From the IMG/VR virus record IMGVR_UViG_2910649936_000002, positions 2,713-66,712 of that record: DNA of 64,000 bases; one strand, written 5' to 3'. Below the pieces are notes generated by a model. That model did not search any database. It worked only from the letters and a program-made list of their open reading frames with translations, and was not told the DNA's origin. The stretch's first letter is position 1; each line of letters opens with the position of its first letter. This DNA is from a virus. Its lineage: Duplodnaviria; Heunggongvirae; Uroviricota; Caudoviricetes. Of this stretch, positions 39,528 to 48,780 are shown in pieces. The position numbers and the translations under genes were made by a program.

Positions 39528-42086
39528 TTATATATTCTCTGTAGGCACACTCATTTTTTTACCAATTATTTCTACTACCGGAACCGTCACACCATTCCCT
39601 GCCTGTTTATACAATTGACTGTCACTATTCACAAACGCTGCGCGTTCAAAATAATCATCTGTCCATCCTTGCAGGCGGAAACATTCGCGAGGCGTTAAGC
39701 GGCGGATTGCTATATAGCACTGGTATTTTTCGTACCAAACGGCGTAACAGATATCTCCATTCGGAAGCTGAATATAGATTCCATCACCGTAGTCACCATG
39801 TGTATCACATTTCAATGCAAATAGATTGTCCTTTTGCACCGAATCAATCGTGTTTGAACATCCATCTGCTCTTACTTCGTGTTCAAGAAATGTATGCCTA
39901 CTGACTTTTAATTTCCCTGATTCATAATCTTTTCTTATTTTCTTCCCATACTCATTTCTTGTAGTCCTCAGACACCCCAAAGGTGATATAGCTACGCCAT
40001 GCCTATCCTGTGCCGTCAGCGTAAACATCGGTTCTCCATTTTCTTTAAATCTACGTCCATTCTGGCGTTTTTCTGCTCTATCTGGTGTGAGGACCGGGAT
40101 CGCAACCTTCGGCTCATTCCCTGAATGTCCGCAACCAATAATAGTTCTTGAAATGCTACCATTCCCATGAACAACTTTGTGTTGATTATAATTGTTGCCT
40201 GGCAATTCAAAGTCTTCGCTTATTTTTATCCCCACACTCGGCTCTCTGCCACCGCCCTGCATAGTTCCTAATGCAGGACTTATTCCGTCTTTGTCGTAAA
40301 CTCTGTAAGCATTTGGATTTTTCCTTTTACTTTCCATCATTCCTATCTGGCGAATACTATTTTCTCCATCCGCTCCCGTGACAGGAAGTATTTTTGCTCT
40401 ACCGAATCTTCTAAGATGTCCGACAGTGTATATCCGCTCCCGGTGCTGCGGGACGTACCACTCGCTATGTATATTTTGCCATTCGATATCATACCCAAGT
40501 CTGTCCAATTCAGAGAGGATTGACAGATAGTCGAGTCCTCTGTTGCTAGAAAGCATTCCTTTAACATTTTCATAGATAAGCCATTCAGGTCTGTTTTCTT
40601 CTTTTTGTTCTTCCAGCAGTCTAAAAATTTCTCGTATAAGGCTTGATCTGTCACCTTCAAGCCCTGCTCGTTTTCCGGCGATGGAGAAGTCCTGACAGTT
40701 GTGGACTCCCATATTGTTGGCTGTGTAGCTGTTGTCATTTTCTACCTCCATGTTGTACACAATTTCTTTTCTTTTTGGATTATATTCAATATTTTTTACT
40801 GGTTGCCATAAACACCCATCAATAAAATAAGATAGGCTTTTTATGCTATTCGGTCTGAAAATAATCCGCCATGTATCTTTCTGATTTACAATGCGATTTT
40901 CTATAATATGCTGTTTTAGCTTCTCTGTGTAATAAATGCTATATCCAACATGATGCACTTTAGAAACGCATTCGCCCAATTGATATGCAAGTTTTTTACT
41001 TATAGTCGTCGCTTTCCATACGCCGCATGAGTAACTTCCATCTCCGCTTAAATATCCATTAAGGAAATACTTTAAATGATCGGTGTCCAAATCCATAATA
41101 AACTGTGGAATTGTTTTATTCTCTGCGCCACGTCCGCATTTCAAACACAAAGAAAATAACCTATTGTCTTTTATAATATATTTTGTAACTGATTTTCCAA
41201 TAGATATATGCATCTTGAACGATTTACTACGAGATTTAAACTCATCTTCCTTTCCGTCCCCTATGCAGAAAATAACTCTTCTATCACTCGATGGTCTGTC
41301 ATTCCTTTTACTGTCTCTTAAATATCCATCAGCAACATACCTACCAAGAATCCAACACTCATCTTCTGTTAAATCATAAATATTCTTATTGTTGTTATTG
41401 ACAGTAAACTGAATAAGTTCATTTCCATCAAATTTTTGTACTTCTTTCCAATACGGATCGGAAATTTTTATTTCATATTTTCGTAGTTCATTATTCCATG
41501 TTTTTATTTTGTCTCTTACATAAAACCTATGATTCCCAGTCACTTCTGTTATCGGACTTCCTTGCACTTTTAGAGTATATATTCCCCTTTTGACATTAAC
41601 CATTGGTTTTATAACACGCTGCCATCTATTCTTATGAGTGAGAACCATATCGCCGCTTTGGATTTCTTCTATCGGTATTTTTCCCCTATGAGTGGTGATT
41701 AATGTCCCTTTTACAAAACAAGGCGCTCCGAAGCACCAGCAGTCTACTGCCGGAAGATCTTTGACTCGTACTGCTCTAATGTCATTTGCGTACCATTCTC
41801 CATTACGGTATTCCTCCTTTAAAATTTCTTTTTGTCTTTTCTTTAATGGTAATGTCTTTAAATATTCTCTCTGTTCATCGGTTATCAAGTGCATAGATGT
41901 GTAACTTGCCGTTGCGAACTTATCCCACTCGCAAAATCCAACGCATTCATGTCCTGCCAGTTCCATTCCACGCCGGAAACCGCCGATTCCGGCAAAAAAG
42001 TCTATAAATTTTAATTTCTTTTTGTTACTGTTGGAATAATATATGTTATCTCCTCCTCCATTCCTCATCAAATTCTGATTATTCAT
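39528..42086 (-). CDS. DNA (cytosine-5)-methyltransferase interrupted by a LAGLIDADG intein at the catalytic PC motif
   Basis: Motif I IDFFAGIGGF. Motif IV split as FGAP | intein | CQDFSIAGK. ENVKGM (VI), QHRERIY (VIII), GNGVTVPV (X). Confidence 0.85.
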   Translation of the reverse strand: MNNQNLMRNGGGDNIYYSNSNKKKLKFIDFFAGIGGFRRGMELAGHECVGFCEWDKFATASYTSMHLITDEQREYLKTLPLKKRQKEILKEEYRNGEWYANDIRAVRVKDLPAVDCWCFGAPCFVKGTLITTHRGKIPIEEIQSGDMVLTHKNRWQRVIKPMVNVKRGIYTLKVQGSPITEVTGNHRFYVRDKIKTWNNELRKYEIKISDPYWKEVQKFDGNELIQFTVNNNNKNIYDLTEDECWILGRYVADGYLRDSKRNDRPSSDRRVIFCIGDGKEDEFKSRSKSFKMHISIGKSVTKYIIKDNRLFSLCLKCGRGAENKTIPQFIMDLDTDHLKYFLNGYLSGDGSYSCGVWKATTISKKLAYQLGECVSKVHHVGYSIYYTEKLKQHIIENRIVNQKDTWRIIFRPNSIKSLSYFIDGCLWQPVKNIEYNPKRKEIVYNMEVENDNSYTANNMGVHNCQDFSIAGKRAGLEGDRSSLIREIFRLLEEQKEENRPEWLIYENVKGMLSSNRGLDYLSILSELDRLGYDIEWQNIHSEWYVPQHRERIYTVGHLRRFGRAKILPVTGADGENSIRQIGMMESKRKNPNAYRVYDKDGISPALGTMQGGGREPSVGIKISEDFELPGNNYNQHKVVHGNGSISRTIIGCGHSGNEPKVAIPVLTPDRAEKRQNGRRFKENGEPMFTLTAQDRHGVAISPLGCLRTTRNEYGKKIRKDYESGKLKVSRHTFLEHEVRADGCSNTIDSVQKDNLFALKCDTHGDYGDGIYIQLPNGDICYAVWYEKYQCYIAIRRLTPRECFRLQGWTDDYFERAAFVNSDSQLYKQAGNGVTVPVVEIIGKKMSVPTENI
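40698..41720 (-). mobile_element. Intein with LAGLIDADG endonuclease inserted immediately before the catalytic Cys of the C5-MTase
   Basis: Starts CFVKGTLITTHRGK and ends GVHN with +1 Cys, which is the PCQ catalytic cysteine. LAGLIDADG motifs ILGRYVADGYL and FLNGYLSGDGSY. Confidence 0.75.
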
Positions 42087-42255
42087 CTATTTTTTATATA
42101 AGTACACTGATACAAATAGCTGGTTACTTATAATCCTTTCATTTTATTATTTAATATACATATCTTTAAATTTTGAATTATATGGATTTTTAGACTAGAT
42201 TTTAGTCTTTGACAACTGAGAATCTATATTTGTTTAGAAGTTTAAAAAGTTTATT

Positions 42256-42810
42256 CTATGTTATTTTAAAATCATACAATGAACGTTCATAAACATTTAA
42301 CTTTTCAATTATTAAATCTTTGGGTAATAAATTCCTACAGAAGTAGGCTGAAGCAAATGGACTTCCCTTTGCAGGTGTACCCATATTTTTGCTATTATGA
42401 TATGATATTCTTTTGTCAAAACTAAGTAGTTGTATACCTTGTTTAAAATATTTATACCTTGAAATACCTTGTAACGAATTTAGTGGCAGTAATATTGCAA
42501 AAGGTTTTTTAAAAAAATATAATCTCTTTAATATTTTATCTTTATTAGAAAATGGTGGATTACTTACAATAATATCCCATTTATCAGGTGCATAATTTAA
42601 AAAGTCTTTTCCTTCTAACAAAGAACTCCTAATCACACTATAGCCTTTTTCTTTTAATCGATTATAATAAGCACTCCATTCCTCATCAAACGGACACCAT
42701 ATTATTTTATCTTTTGGAATATATTTAATAATGGCATCGACAGCATAATATGGCGTATAAAGCTCATTATCACTTCTATCAGAAGAAAGATATCCTATAT
42801 TAAGTCCCAT
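42256..42810 (-). CDS. Small putative N6-adenine methyltransferase (gamma-class motif order)
   Basis: ELYTPYYAV (motif X-like), IIWCPFDEEWSAYY (motif I-like), DIIVSNPPFS (motif IV NPPF). Only 184 aa, so it may need a partner or be truncated. Confidence 0.45.
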   Translation of the reverse strand: MGLNIGYLSSDRSDNELYTPYYAVDAIIKYIPKDKIIWCPFDEEWSAYYNRLKEKGYSVIRSSLLEGKDFLNYAPDKWDIIVSNPPFSNKDKILKRLYFFKKPFAILLPLNSLQGISRYKYFKQGIQLLSFDKRISYHNSKNMGTPAKGSPFASAYFCRNLLPKDLIIEKLNVYERSLYDFKIT

Positions 42811-42871
42811 ACCAATTACTCCAATATAAAGTTGTAATATTTAATTTCATATACGGTTTTATTTGCCTCCA

Positions 42872-43186
42872 TTACTCAATACTGTTGATATATTCTTTAA
42901 ATATATCAAAATCTTCTTTTGTCATACATACTTCAGAATAGTAAAAATCTTTATTTCTAATAATAGCCCAAATCTTTTTTAATTTTTTCCAGATAATACT
43001 ATGAACCTTTTCATCTTGGTCTCTATACCAATTAGCTCCAATGCAAGTAACATATGCGTATGTATCTGTATCATCAGGAAGTCCTTCATAACAATCTTTT
43101 TCTATTCTAATATGTACACCATCATCACATCCACAATCGCATGATACAATTAATTCTTTTCCATTATTCGATTTCAAAATTGACAT
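42872..43186 (-). CDS. Hypothetical Cys-containing protein
   Basis: 104-aa ORF, CDCGCDD motif. Confidence 0.3.
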   Translation of the reverse strand: MSILKSNNGKELIVSCDCGCDDGVHIRIEKDCYEGLPDDTDTYAYVTCIGANWYRDQDEKVHSIIWKKLKKIWAIIRNKDFYYSEVCMTKEDFDIFKEYINSIE

Positions 43187-43247
43187 TGTTTAATACTTTC
43201 CTTTCTGCTAATAGATTTTTTACTATTATTTTATTTATAATTTAACA

Positions 43248-43577
43248 TTAACTTTTCATTGTATTTTCTTCAATGAATTTATATCTCATTACAATATATC
43301 TACATGTCTTGTTAATATTGTTTTTCATATTAAGAACCTTGGTTTTCTTTTCAGCGTATTCATATTCCTTATAAAATCCGCCTCTGCTATTCATAATAAT
43401 ATCACCTGTTGCAAGATCCTTCACTGCATATAGATATCTTACATTTTTGTCTGCATATGTGTTACTTTCACACACCTGTTTGCACAGTAATTGATTCTCG
43501 TTTTCGAGCAATGCAATTCTTTCAAGTAAATATTCTTCCACAGAACTATAGTGTTGTGTCTTAATAAGGTCTTCCAT
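43248..43577 (-). CDS. Hypothetical protein
   Basis: 109-aa ORF. Confidence 0.3.
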   Translation of the reverse strand: MEDLIKTQHYSSVEEYLLERIALLENENQLLCKQVCESNTYADKNVRYLYAVKDLATGDIIMNSRGGFYKEYEYAEKKTKVLNMKNNINKTCRYIVMRYKFIEENTMKS

Positions 43578-43702
43578 ATTTTCTTCTCCATTTTTGTATC
43601 ATATTTTCTCGTAACGCAAAACCACCATGTAGTTTACAGTAATTACTAGATATCCTACATTCCAAAAGAGCCAGTTTCATTCTAGTAGAAATGTTTGTGT
43701 TT

Positions 43703-44368
43703 TCACCCATCATGTCTCCAATCATTTTGTACACTTTTAATAGATATCCCAGATTCTTCTATCTTAATCCATTCATCTAAAGTTAAAGGAATATAATTTG
43801 AATACATACAAAAACAATTAATCATATTAATCGGTGCCGGGGACGGATTATCAGAACTTCTACTTATTCTCGGAAAACCTCTTACAAACTCCTTATAATG
43901 TTCTACGCCAACTACATCTGGAGTCTTGTGGATATGGCCATGAAGCATATATGTTTTTGGATTTCCATTTTTATCTCGTCGAAATTGTCCATTATAGCAC
44001 ATCACTGGGTAATGGCAGCATATAACCTTTCTTCCATTATCATTCAACTCCATATAATAGTCGATCCGTTCAAACCTATCTTTATTAAATTCTCTTTTTA
44101 GCACAGCTTTATCATGATTTCCAATACACAACCATAAGCGACCGTTCAACTTATCTATCAACCTATTCGTTTCTTCTACATTACCAATTGATAGATCTCC
44201 CAAAATAATGACTTCTTCTTTTTTCCTTACTCTTGAATTCCATTGTTGAAGCATGAATTCATTCATTTCTTCCATGCTTTTAAACCCTCGCTTATCCATT
44301 CTAGTATTCATGTTAGTATGAAAGAAATGATTGTCTGCAATATAATATCTCATAAATAACAACCTCAT
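43703..44368 (-). CDS. Calcineurin-like metallophosphoesterase
   Basis: Metallophosphoesterase motifs DNHFFH (DxH), ILGDLSIGN (GD), GNHD, HGHIH. Confidence 0.7.
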   Translation of the reverse strand: MRLLFMRYYIADNHFFHTNMNTRMDKRGFKSMEEMNEFMLQQWNSRVRKKEEVIILGDLSIGNVEETNRLIDKLNGRLWLCIGNHDKAVLKREFNKDRFERIDYYMELNDNGRKVICCHYPVMCYNGQFRRDKNGNPKTYMLHGHIHKTPDVVGVEHYKEFVRGFPRISRSSDNPSPAPINMINCFCMYSNYIPLTLDEWIKIEESGISIKSVQNDWRHDG

Positions 44369-45111
44369 AAGATTCTAATAATCTGTTCATATAAACAAAT
44401 TGATTTTTCAGAATCAAAATTTTGATTTACATGCATATGTCCAAAGAACCATTTTCTATAATCAATAGCTTCTTTAATCTTTTGTAGATAGTCTGTTAAT
44501 CTATCTGTCTGATATATTGTCGGATTACTATCCATCATTCTTAAAAGTGATGTACATGGAGAATGTGTCACAATAAAATCAACTTTATTATTTGATTTCT
44601 CCAGATTATCCCATCCATTTTGCATTTCCTCTTCGCTTGGCAGTTCTCTTTCCCACCATGACACATGATTAATTCTAAACTGCTTACTATAGTCATATCG
44701 CCATTTTTTAATACGTGGATCGCCTATTTCTAAAACGCCATCTCGAATATCATGGCTACTTGCACCACCAAAAGTGAAAAATGTTTTCCCGGATATGTCA
44801 TAAATCTTACCTCTCATCAAATGGATTACTGACGGTCTGAGAAAATGTACCTTCCCGTTATGCCATTCGGATACAGGGAGATTATCAAGTATGTCGTAAT
44901 TTTCGTGATTTCCGTCCACAAATAATGTAGTAAATAGTTTATCTTCTAGCCAATCCAGATTATATTTCTCTCTCTTAGAATCATCCCAGATACCGAAGTC
45001 ACCGCAGATAATCACGTAATCGTCTTTTGTCATTTCATCTTGTTCTGGGAATGCTCTCTTATTTAGCCTCCCCATCCAGTCTCCATGTGTGTCACCCGTT
45101 ATATAAACCAT
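44365..45111 (-). CDS. PPP-family (lambda-phosphatase/ApaH-like) metallophosphoesterase
   Basis: GDTHGD (GDxHG), CGDFGIWDD (GDxxDRG-like), DGNHENY (GNHE), FGHMHV. Its stop overlaps the next gene's start. Confidence 0.7.
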   Translation of the reverse strand: MVYITGDTHGDWMGRLNKRAFPEQDEMTKDDYVIICGDFGIWDDSKREKYNLDWLEDKLFTTLFVDGNHENYDILDNLPVSEWHNGKVHFLRPSVIHLMRGKIYDISGKTFFTFGGASSHDIRDGVLEIGDPRIKKWRYDYSKQFRINHVSWWERELPSEEEMQNGWDNLEKSNNKVDFIVTHSPCTSLLRMMDSNPTIYQTDRLTDYLQKIKEAIDYRKWFFGHMHVNQNFDSEKSICLYEQIIRIL

Positions 45112-45119
45112 GTCTTTAT

Positions 45120-45329
45120 CTAAGCCTCTCTGTCCTCTTTAATTTTCTTCGTTGCAAGAATATATTCTCTGTATTCATCATAGCCTTTAAACTTAATATA
45201 TTTACATTCATTTACATCAAAACAATTTTCACCCACATACATGCAAATTACTTTAAAGTGTATCACTACAAAATATTTCTTTATCCTTCGCAAAGATAAT
45301 CGGATGCCCATAATATCCATTATGGGCAT
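45120..45329 (-). CDS. Hypothetical protein
   Basis: 69-aa ORF. Confidence 0.25.
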   Translation of the reverse strand: MPIMDIMGIRLSLRRIKKYFVVIHFKVICMYVGENCFDVNECKYIKFKGYDEYREYILATKKIKEDREA

Positions 45330-45723
45330 TATATACGGCTATCTGAAGAATCCCTTTTGTAGTCACAAAATCAACAAATTGTATGCCACCACAATCATCA
45401 TAGTAGCCGCTTTTATTAACAACTTCTTTATTTAGTTCCTTATCAGTTAAATTTACCTCTAACAGATCCGCGCCAACAAAATCTTGCTCATTATCATTAG
45501 AATAGAAATATCCCCAATGTTCACAACAATTCTGTCCATTCGAAATAAGGATATTGAATTCATGCTTATCAGTGGTAATTCTATATCCATCGTATTCTTC
45601 GTATGTACATAAGGCACTAGGCATTTCCATGATACCTAATCGTCCACCAGAACCATTTAATGTCCCGGTATTAGTAAGACAAACATTTGTGACTTCTTCA
45701 ATTTTTAATATTTTACCTAACAT
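45253..45723 (-). CDS. Hypothetical protein
   Basis: 156-aa ORF. Confidence 0.3.
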   Translation of the reverse strand: MLGKILKIEEVTNVCLTNTGTLNGSGGRLGIMEMPSALCTYEEYDGYRITTDKHEFNILISNGQNCCEHWGYFYSNDNEQDFVGADLLEVNLTDKELNKEVVNKSGYYDDCGGIQFVDFVTTKGILQIAVYNAHNGYYGHPIIFAKDKEIFCSDTL

Positions 45724-45846
45724 ATTTACTCCTTTTCAAATGAAATCAACTCCATAGATATTTAAATCTATACGAACAGTCCTAACTCACACCATTTCTT
45801 GATTACTTTTGAATTTCAGATTTTATAACTGGTATCTCCAAGACAA

Positions 45847-47040
45847 TCAATACTTCATTTTTTCTCTCTCCCGTACTTTCTCACGTGTTTCCCCATAACT
45901 AAAATACGTCTTATCAAAATCATAATTCATACCCCATACATCATCATTCAAGTATTCATTCATGTGTGTTATAGCAAGTGAACAGTTTGTATAAGGATAT
46001 GGCTGTTCTGCTATTAATTGAAAATCTTCTAATACTCTTTGTATTAATCTTTCAATATCAATGAATCCATATCTCAATGTTCCTTGATGTGGATTTGGGA
46101 CATTTGTATAATCAACCATATCTCTATTAATATCTGCTTTTTCACACTCATCCTCCAGACGTCCAACTCCATGACGTGTTATATATGTTCTTGTGACATA
46201 GCATGTTTCTATATTAATCTTCTCTTTTGGAAAAGTATTTCCAATAATTTCTAACGGATTTTTGACACCTGTGTTACTTGGCGTAAGATGGGGATAATAT
46301 GTTCCATTATTCTGGTCAAGAAGCAATCCCTGTCCATTTTCAAAGATAATATTGGCATAATGGCATAATATTTCATCTCCGCACTTATTTATACAGTCCT
46401 TCATGAAATAAATATCATCTATATATCTGTCAATTAATCCTATACTATAAACAATTTCATCCCATTCCGATTTGTTGATATCTATATTTTCTTCTTTTAG
46501 CTTTTCTAAAAAGTATTCATCTCTAATTCTATATAATAGATTTCGTATATCATCGCTACCTAATACGAATAACTGTGATAGACAAAGATTATATTTTGGA
46601 TAATGACATCGTTTTAAAGTTTCATAAATCCCAACACCACAACTACCGTGTCTATCTTCAGACCGCTTCTCTTCAATCATTTGATTTAAAATCATATCAA
46701 ATGGTGTGGAAATCTTACATAAAGGATGCACATATACTTTTGGAATGAATCCGATTTCATTAAGCTCTTTCCACTCTTGGCAAAATATCATAGGATTTAA
46801 AATAAAATATTTAGAAAGATATGTATGAGCATTATTAAATATTCCAGAGCCAAAATGATGGAAAACATGCCTTATATTATCAGGAGTTGTTACTGTATGA
46901 CCTCTTTGCGCTTCTCCATTGCTACACACAACAATGCAATTTTCATTTTGCATAGCTGCCTGGTTAGAAAAATAATCTGTCATAAATCCCTTTCCCTCGT
47001 CGCCAAAATTAGCACCAATAACAATTTTTATATTCGTCAT
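45847..47040 (-). CDS. Adenylosuccinate synthetase homolog (PurA/PurZ family)
   Basis: P-loop GDEGKGF (PurA GDEGKGK). NGEAQRGHT (PurA GG-x-NAGHT). GSCGVGIYET (PurA GTTGRGIGPAYEDK). YVTRTYITRHGVG (PurA TTGRRRRTGW region). 397 aa, which is shorter than bacterial PurA. Confidence 0.75.
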   Translation of the reverse strand: MTNIKIVIGANFGDEGKGFMTDYFSNQAAMQNENCIVVCSNGEAQRGHTVTTPDNIRHVFHHFGSGIFNNAHTYLSKYFILNPMIFCQEWKELNEIGFIPKVYVHPLCKISTPFDMILNQMIEEKRSEDRHGSCGVGIYETLKRCHYPKYNLCLSQLFVLGSDDIRNLLYRIRDEYFLEKLKEENIDINKSEWDEIVYSIGLIDRYIDDIYFMKDCINKCGDEILCHYANIIFENGQGLLLDQNNGTYYPHLTPSNTGVKNPLEIIGNTFPKEKINIETCYVTRTYITRHGVGRLEDECEKADINRDMVDYTNVPNPHQGTLRYGFIDIERLIQRVLEDFQLIAEQPYPYTNCSLAITHMNEYLNDDVWGMNYDFDKTYFSYGETREKVREREKMKY

Positions 47041-47059
47041 ACAACAACACCCCTTCTAT

Positions 47060-47938
47060 TTACCATGCGATACAATTTTCTTCCTTAATATCTAAAACAG
47101 TATTTGAATCGGATGTATCAGAAGCAGAGATAATAATATCAATAATCTCATCAGCTATATTATTTAGATTAACTCTACGAAAATGCTTATCATCCAAATA
47201 CTCCTTGAATGACGCTTCGATTCCCTCACTGTCCCAACCAGACCGATGATTAACATCCAAATGATAGATATCAAATTTTTGAATCGTCTCTTCATATAGA
47301 TCTTTTGTTTCAACATCTGATTGTAGTTTATCACCTGTTGAGGCTTCAAGTCCTGAACGGGTTCCTCTTATCGGAAGGTATGGATTCAATCTCTCATCCC
47401 CCATAGTGATAATAATTCCACGTTTTCCTCTGTTCCAGCAATCAAGTTTTGTATGTCTTGCTCCAAAATACCACGCAGCAGTGTATGATTCGTAATTATT
47501 ACCACCACCACCAAATTCAAAATATAACTTGTCTAACTGTTCAGCAATGCGAATATCTGATTCAAATTGCGACGCCTGTATTGGTGAAGCGTCATAAGCC
47601 AAATCACCAATTCCCATAATCATAAATTCAACATCTGTTACTTTCTTGTATAATTCTGTCATTATAGTATTTAATTTTTTTGCAACTTCTACCGCTGTCT
47701 GTCCCATACTGCCCGTAACATCCAGTGCCAAAATCACAGGGAGAGTATTAGGATGCTCGTCTGAATCACAGCACTCCCTAATCACATTGCATGGATCTAA
47801 AGCAACGTCTAAATGTCTTGATTTAAACATTTCTTGATTAGAATAAGATCCGGTTATTTCTCCAAGCGAATCAACTGACATTCCCTTCGTTACCGAATAT
47901 GTAGCATATGCTTCCCTTGTCCATGTTCCACTTCCCAT
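47060..47938 (-). CDS. von Willebrand factor A (vWA) domain protein
   Basis: MIDAS-type ILALDVTGSMG (DxSGS-like) with downstream T and D residues. Confidence 0.65.
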   Translation of the reverse strand: MGSGTWTREAYATYSVTKGMSVDSLGEITGSYSNQEMFKSRHLDVALDPCNVIRECCDSDEHPNTLPVILALDVTGSMGQTAVEVAKKLNTIMTELYKKVTDVEFMIMGIGDLAYDASPIQASQFESDIRIAEQLDKLYFEFGGGGNNYESYTAAWYFGARHTKLDCWNRGKRGIIITMGDERLNPYLPIRGTRSGLEASTGDKLQSDVETKDLYEETIQKFDIYHLDVNHRSGWDSEGIEASFKEYLDDKHFRRVNLNNIADEIIDIIISASDTSDSNTVLDIKEENCIAW

Positions 47939-47941
47939 AAA

Positions 47942-48538
47942 TTATTTATCCTCACTTTCTCCGATTAATTCTTCATCATCGTCATCATCGTCCATATCGA
48001 AAATACCATCAAAAAGTCCACCCATGTTACCACCCATCATCATAAATGGTAACACTGTATTTAAGCTTCCCGATGTATTAGAACCAGTATTGTCTTTCAT
48101 CATTTCAGAAAGCATCATATACTGCATAATTTTATTCGTGCCTTTTTTACCTTTAACAATGTCGTTTCCAAACATTGATACAATCTTTCCATAAAAATAT
48201 GTATTACCCATAAATACATGACGTTCTGGAAGAATTGTTTCAACCGTCGAATCTTCATAATTGATCACTGTCAATTTATTTTTTTCAGACTCAATCACAC
48301 ATTTCGGTTTGCCACTAACGAGAATAATGTCTCCTGGTTCTGCTTTGTTCGTAGGAATTACAAAGAAAAACTCTTCTCCAATATCAAAAGCAAAATTGTC
48401 ACAGTTAGTGAGTCTTCCCGTTTTCATGTTATAACTTTTGTATCCACCACTTGTCTTTACCGCAATACCTCCATTCATAGATATTTTGCACATTCCCGGC
48501 TGTACTTTTCCGAACATTTTGTTAAGCATTGTATTCAT
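47942..48538 (-). CDS. Hypothetical protein with Met/Gly-rich segment and poly-Asp C-terminus
   Basis: The C-terminus FMMMGGNMGGLFDGIFDMDDDDDDEELIGESEDK. A 3-nt gap separates it from the vWA gene, so the two are probably co-transcribed. Confidence 0.35.
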   Translation of the reverse strand: MNTMLNKMFGKVQPGMCKISMNGGIAVKTSGGYKSYNMKTGRLTNCDNFAFDIGEEFFFVIPTNKAEPGDIILVSGKPKCVIESEKNKLTVINYEDSTVETILPERHVFMGNTYFYGKIVSMFGNDIVKGKKGTNKIMQYMMLSEMMKDNTGSNTSGSLNTVLPFMMMGGNMGGLFDGIFDMDDDDDDEELIGESEDK

Positions 48539-48595
48539 GTTTTCTCTCCTTTTTATTTCTTATATTTATATATTCTCCGATGAAAGTAAAGTTTC

Positions 48596-48764
48596 ATTGC
48601 GCTTTATACTTCTTCGAAACTCCACATTTTTTACAGCGATATACTTTTGTATAATTGTTAGGATACCTTTTGTCTTTCGATGAATCCCACACAGTGTTCT
48701 CAAATATTAGTTCCCACTTATGTTTACAAAAGCAACTCCGTATGTAGCTAATTAGCCATCTCAT
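48596..48764 (-). CDS. Possible small Zn-ribbon ORF (about 56 aa)
   Basis: Hand translation MRWLISYIRSCFCKHKWELIFENTVWDSSKDKRYPNNYTKVYRCKKCGVSKKYKAQ after a GGAAGGAACAGG RBS. Coordinates are approximate. Not in the ORF table. Confidence 0.2.
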
Positions 48765-48780
48765 AAGTCCTGTTCCTTCC

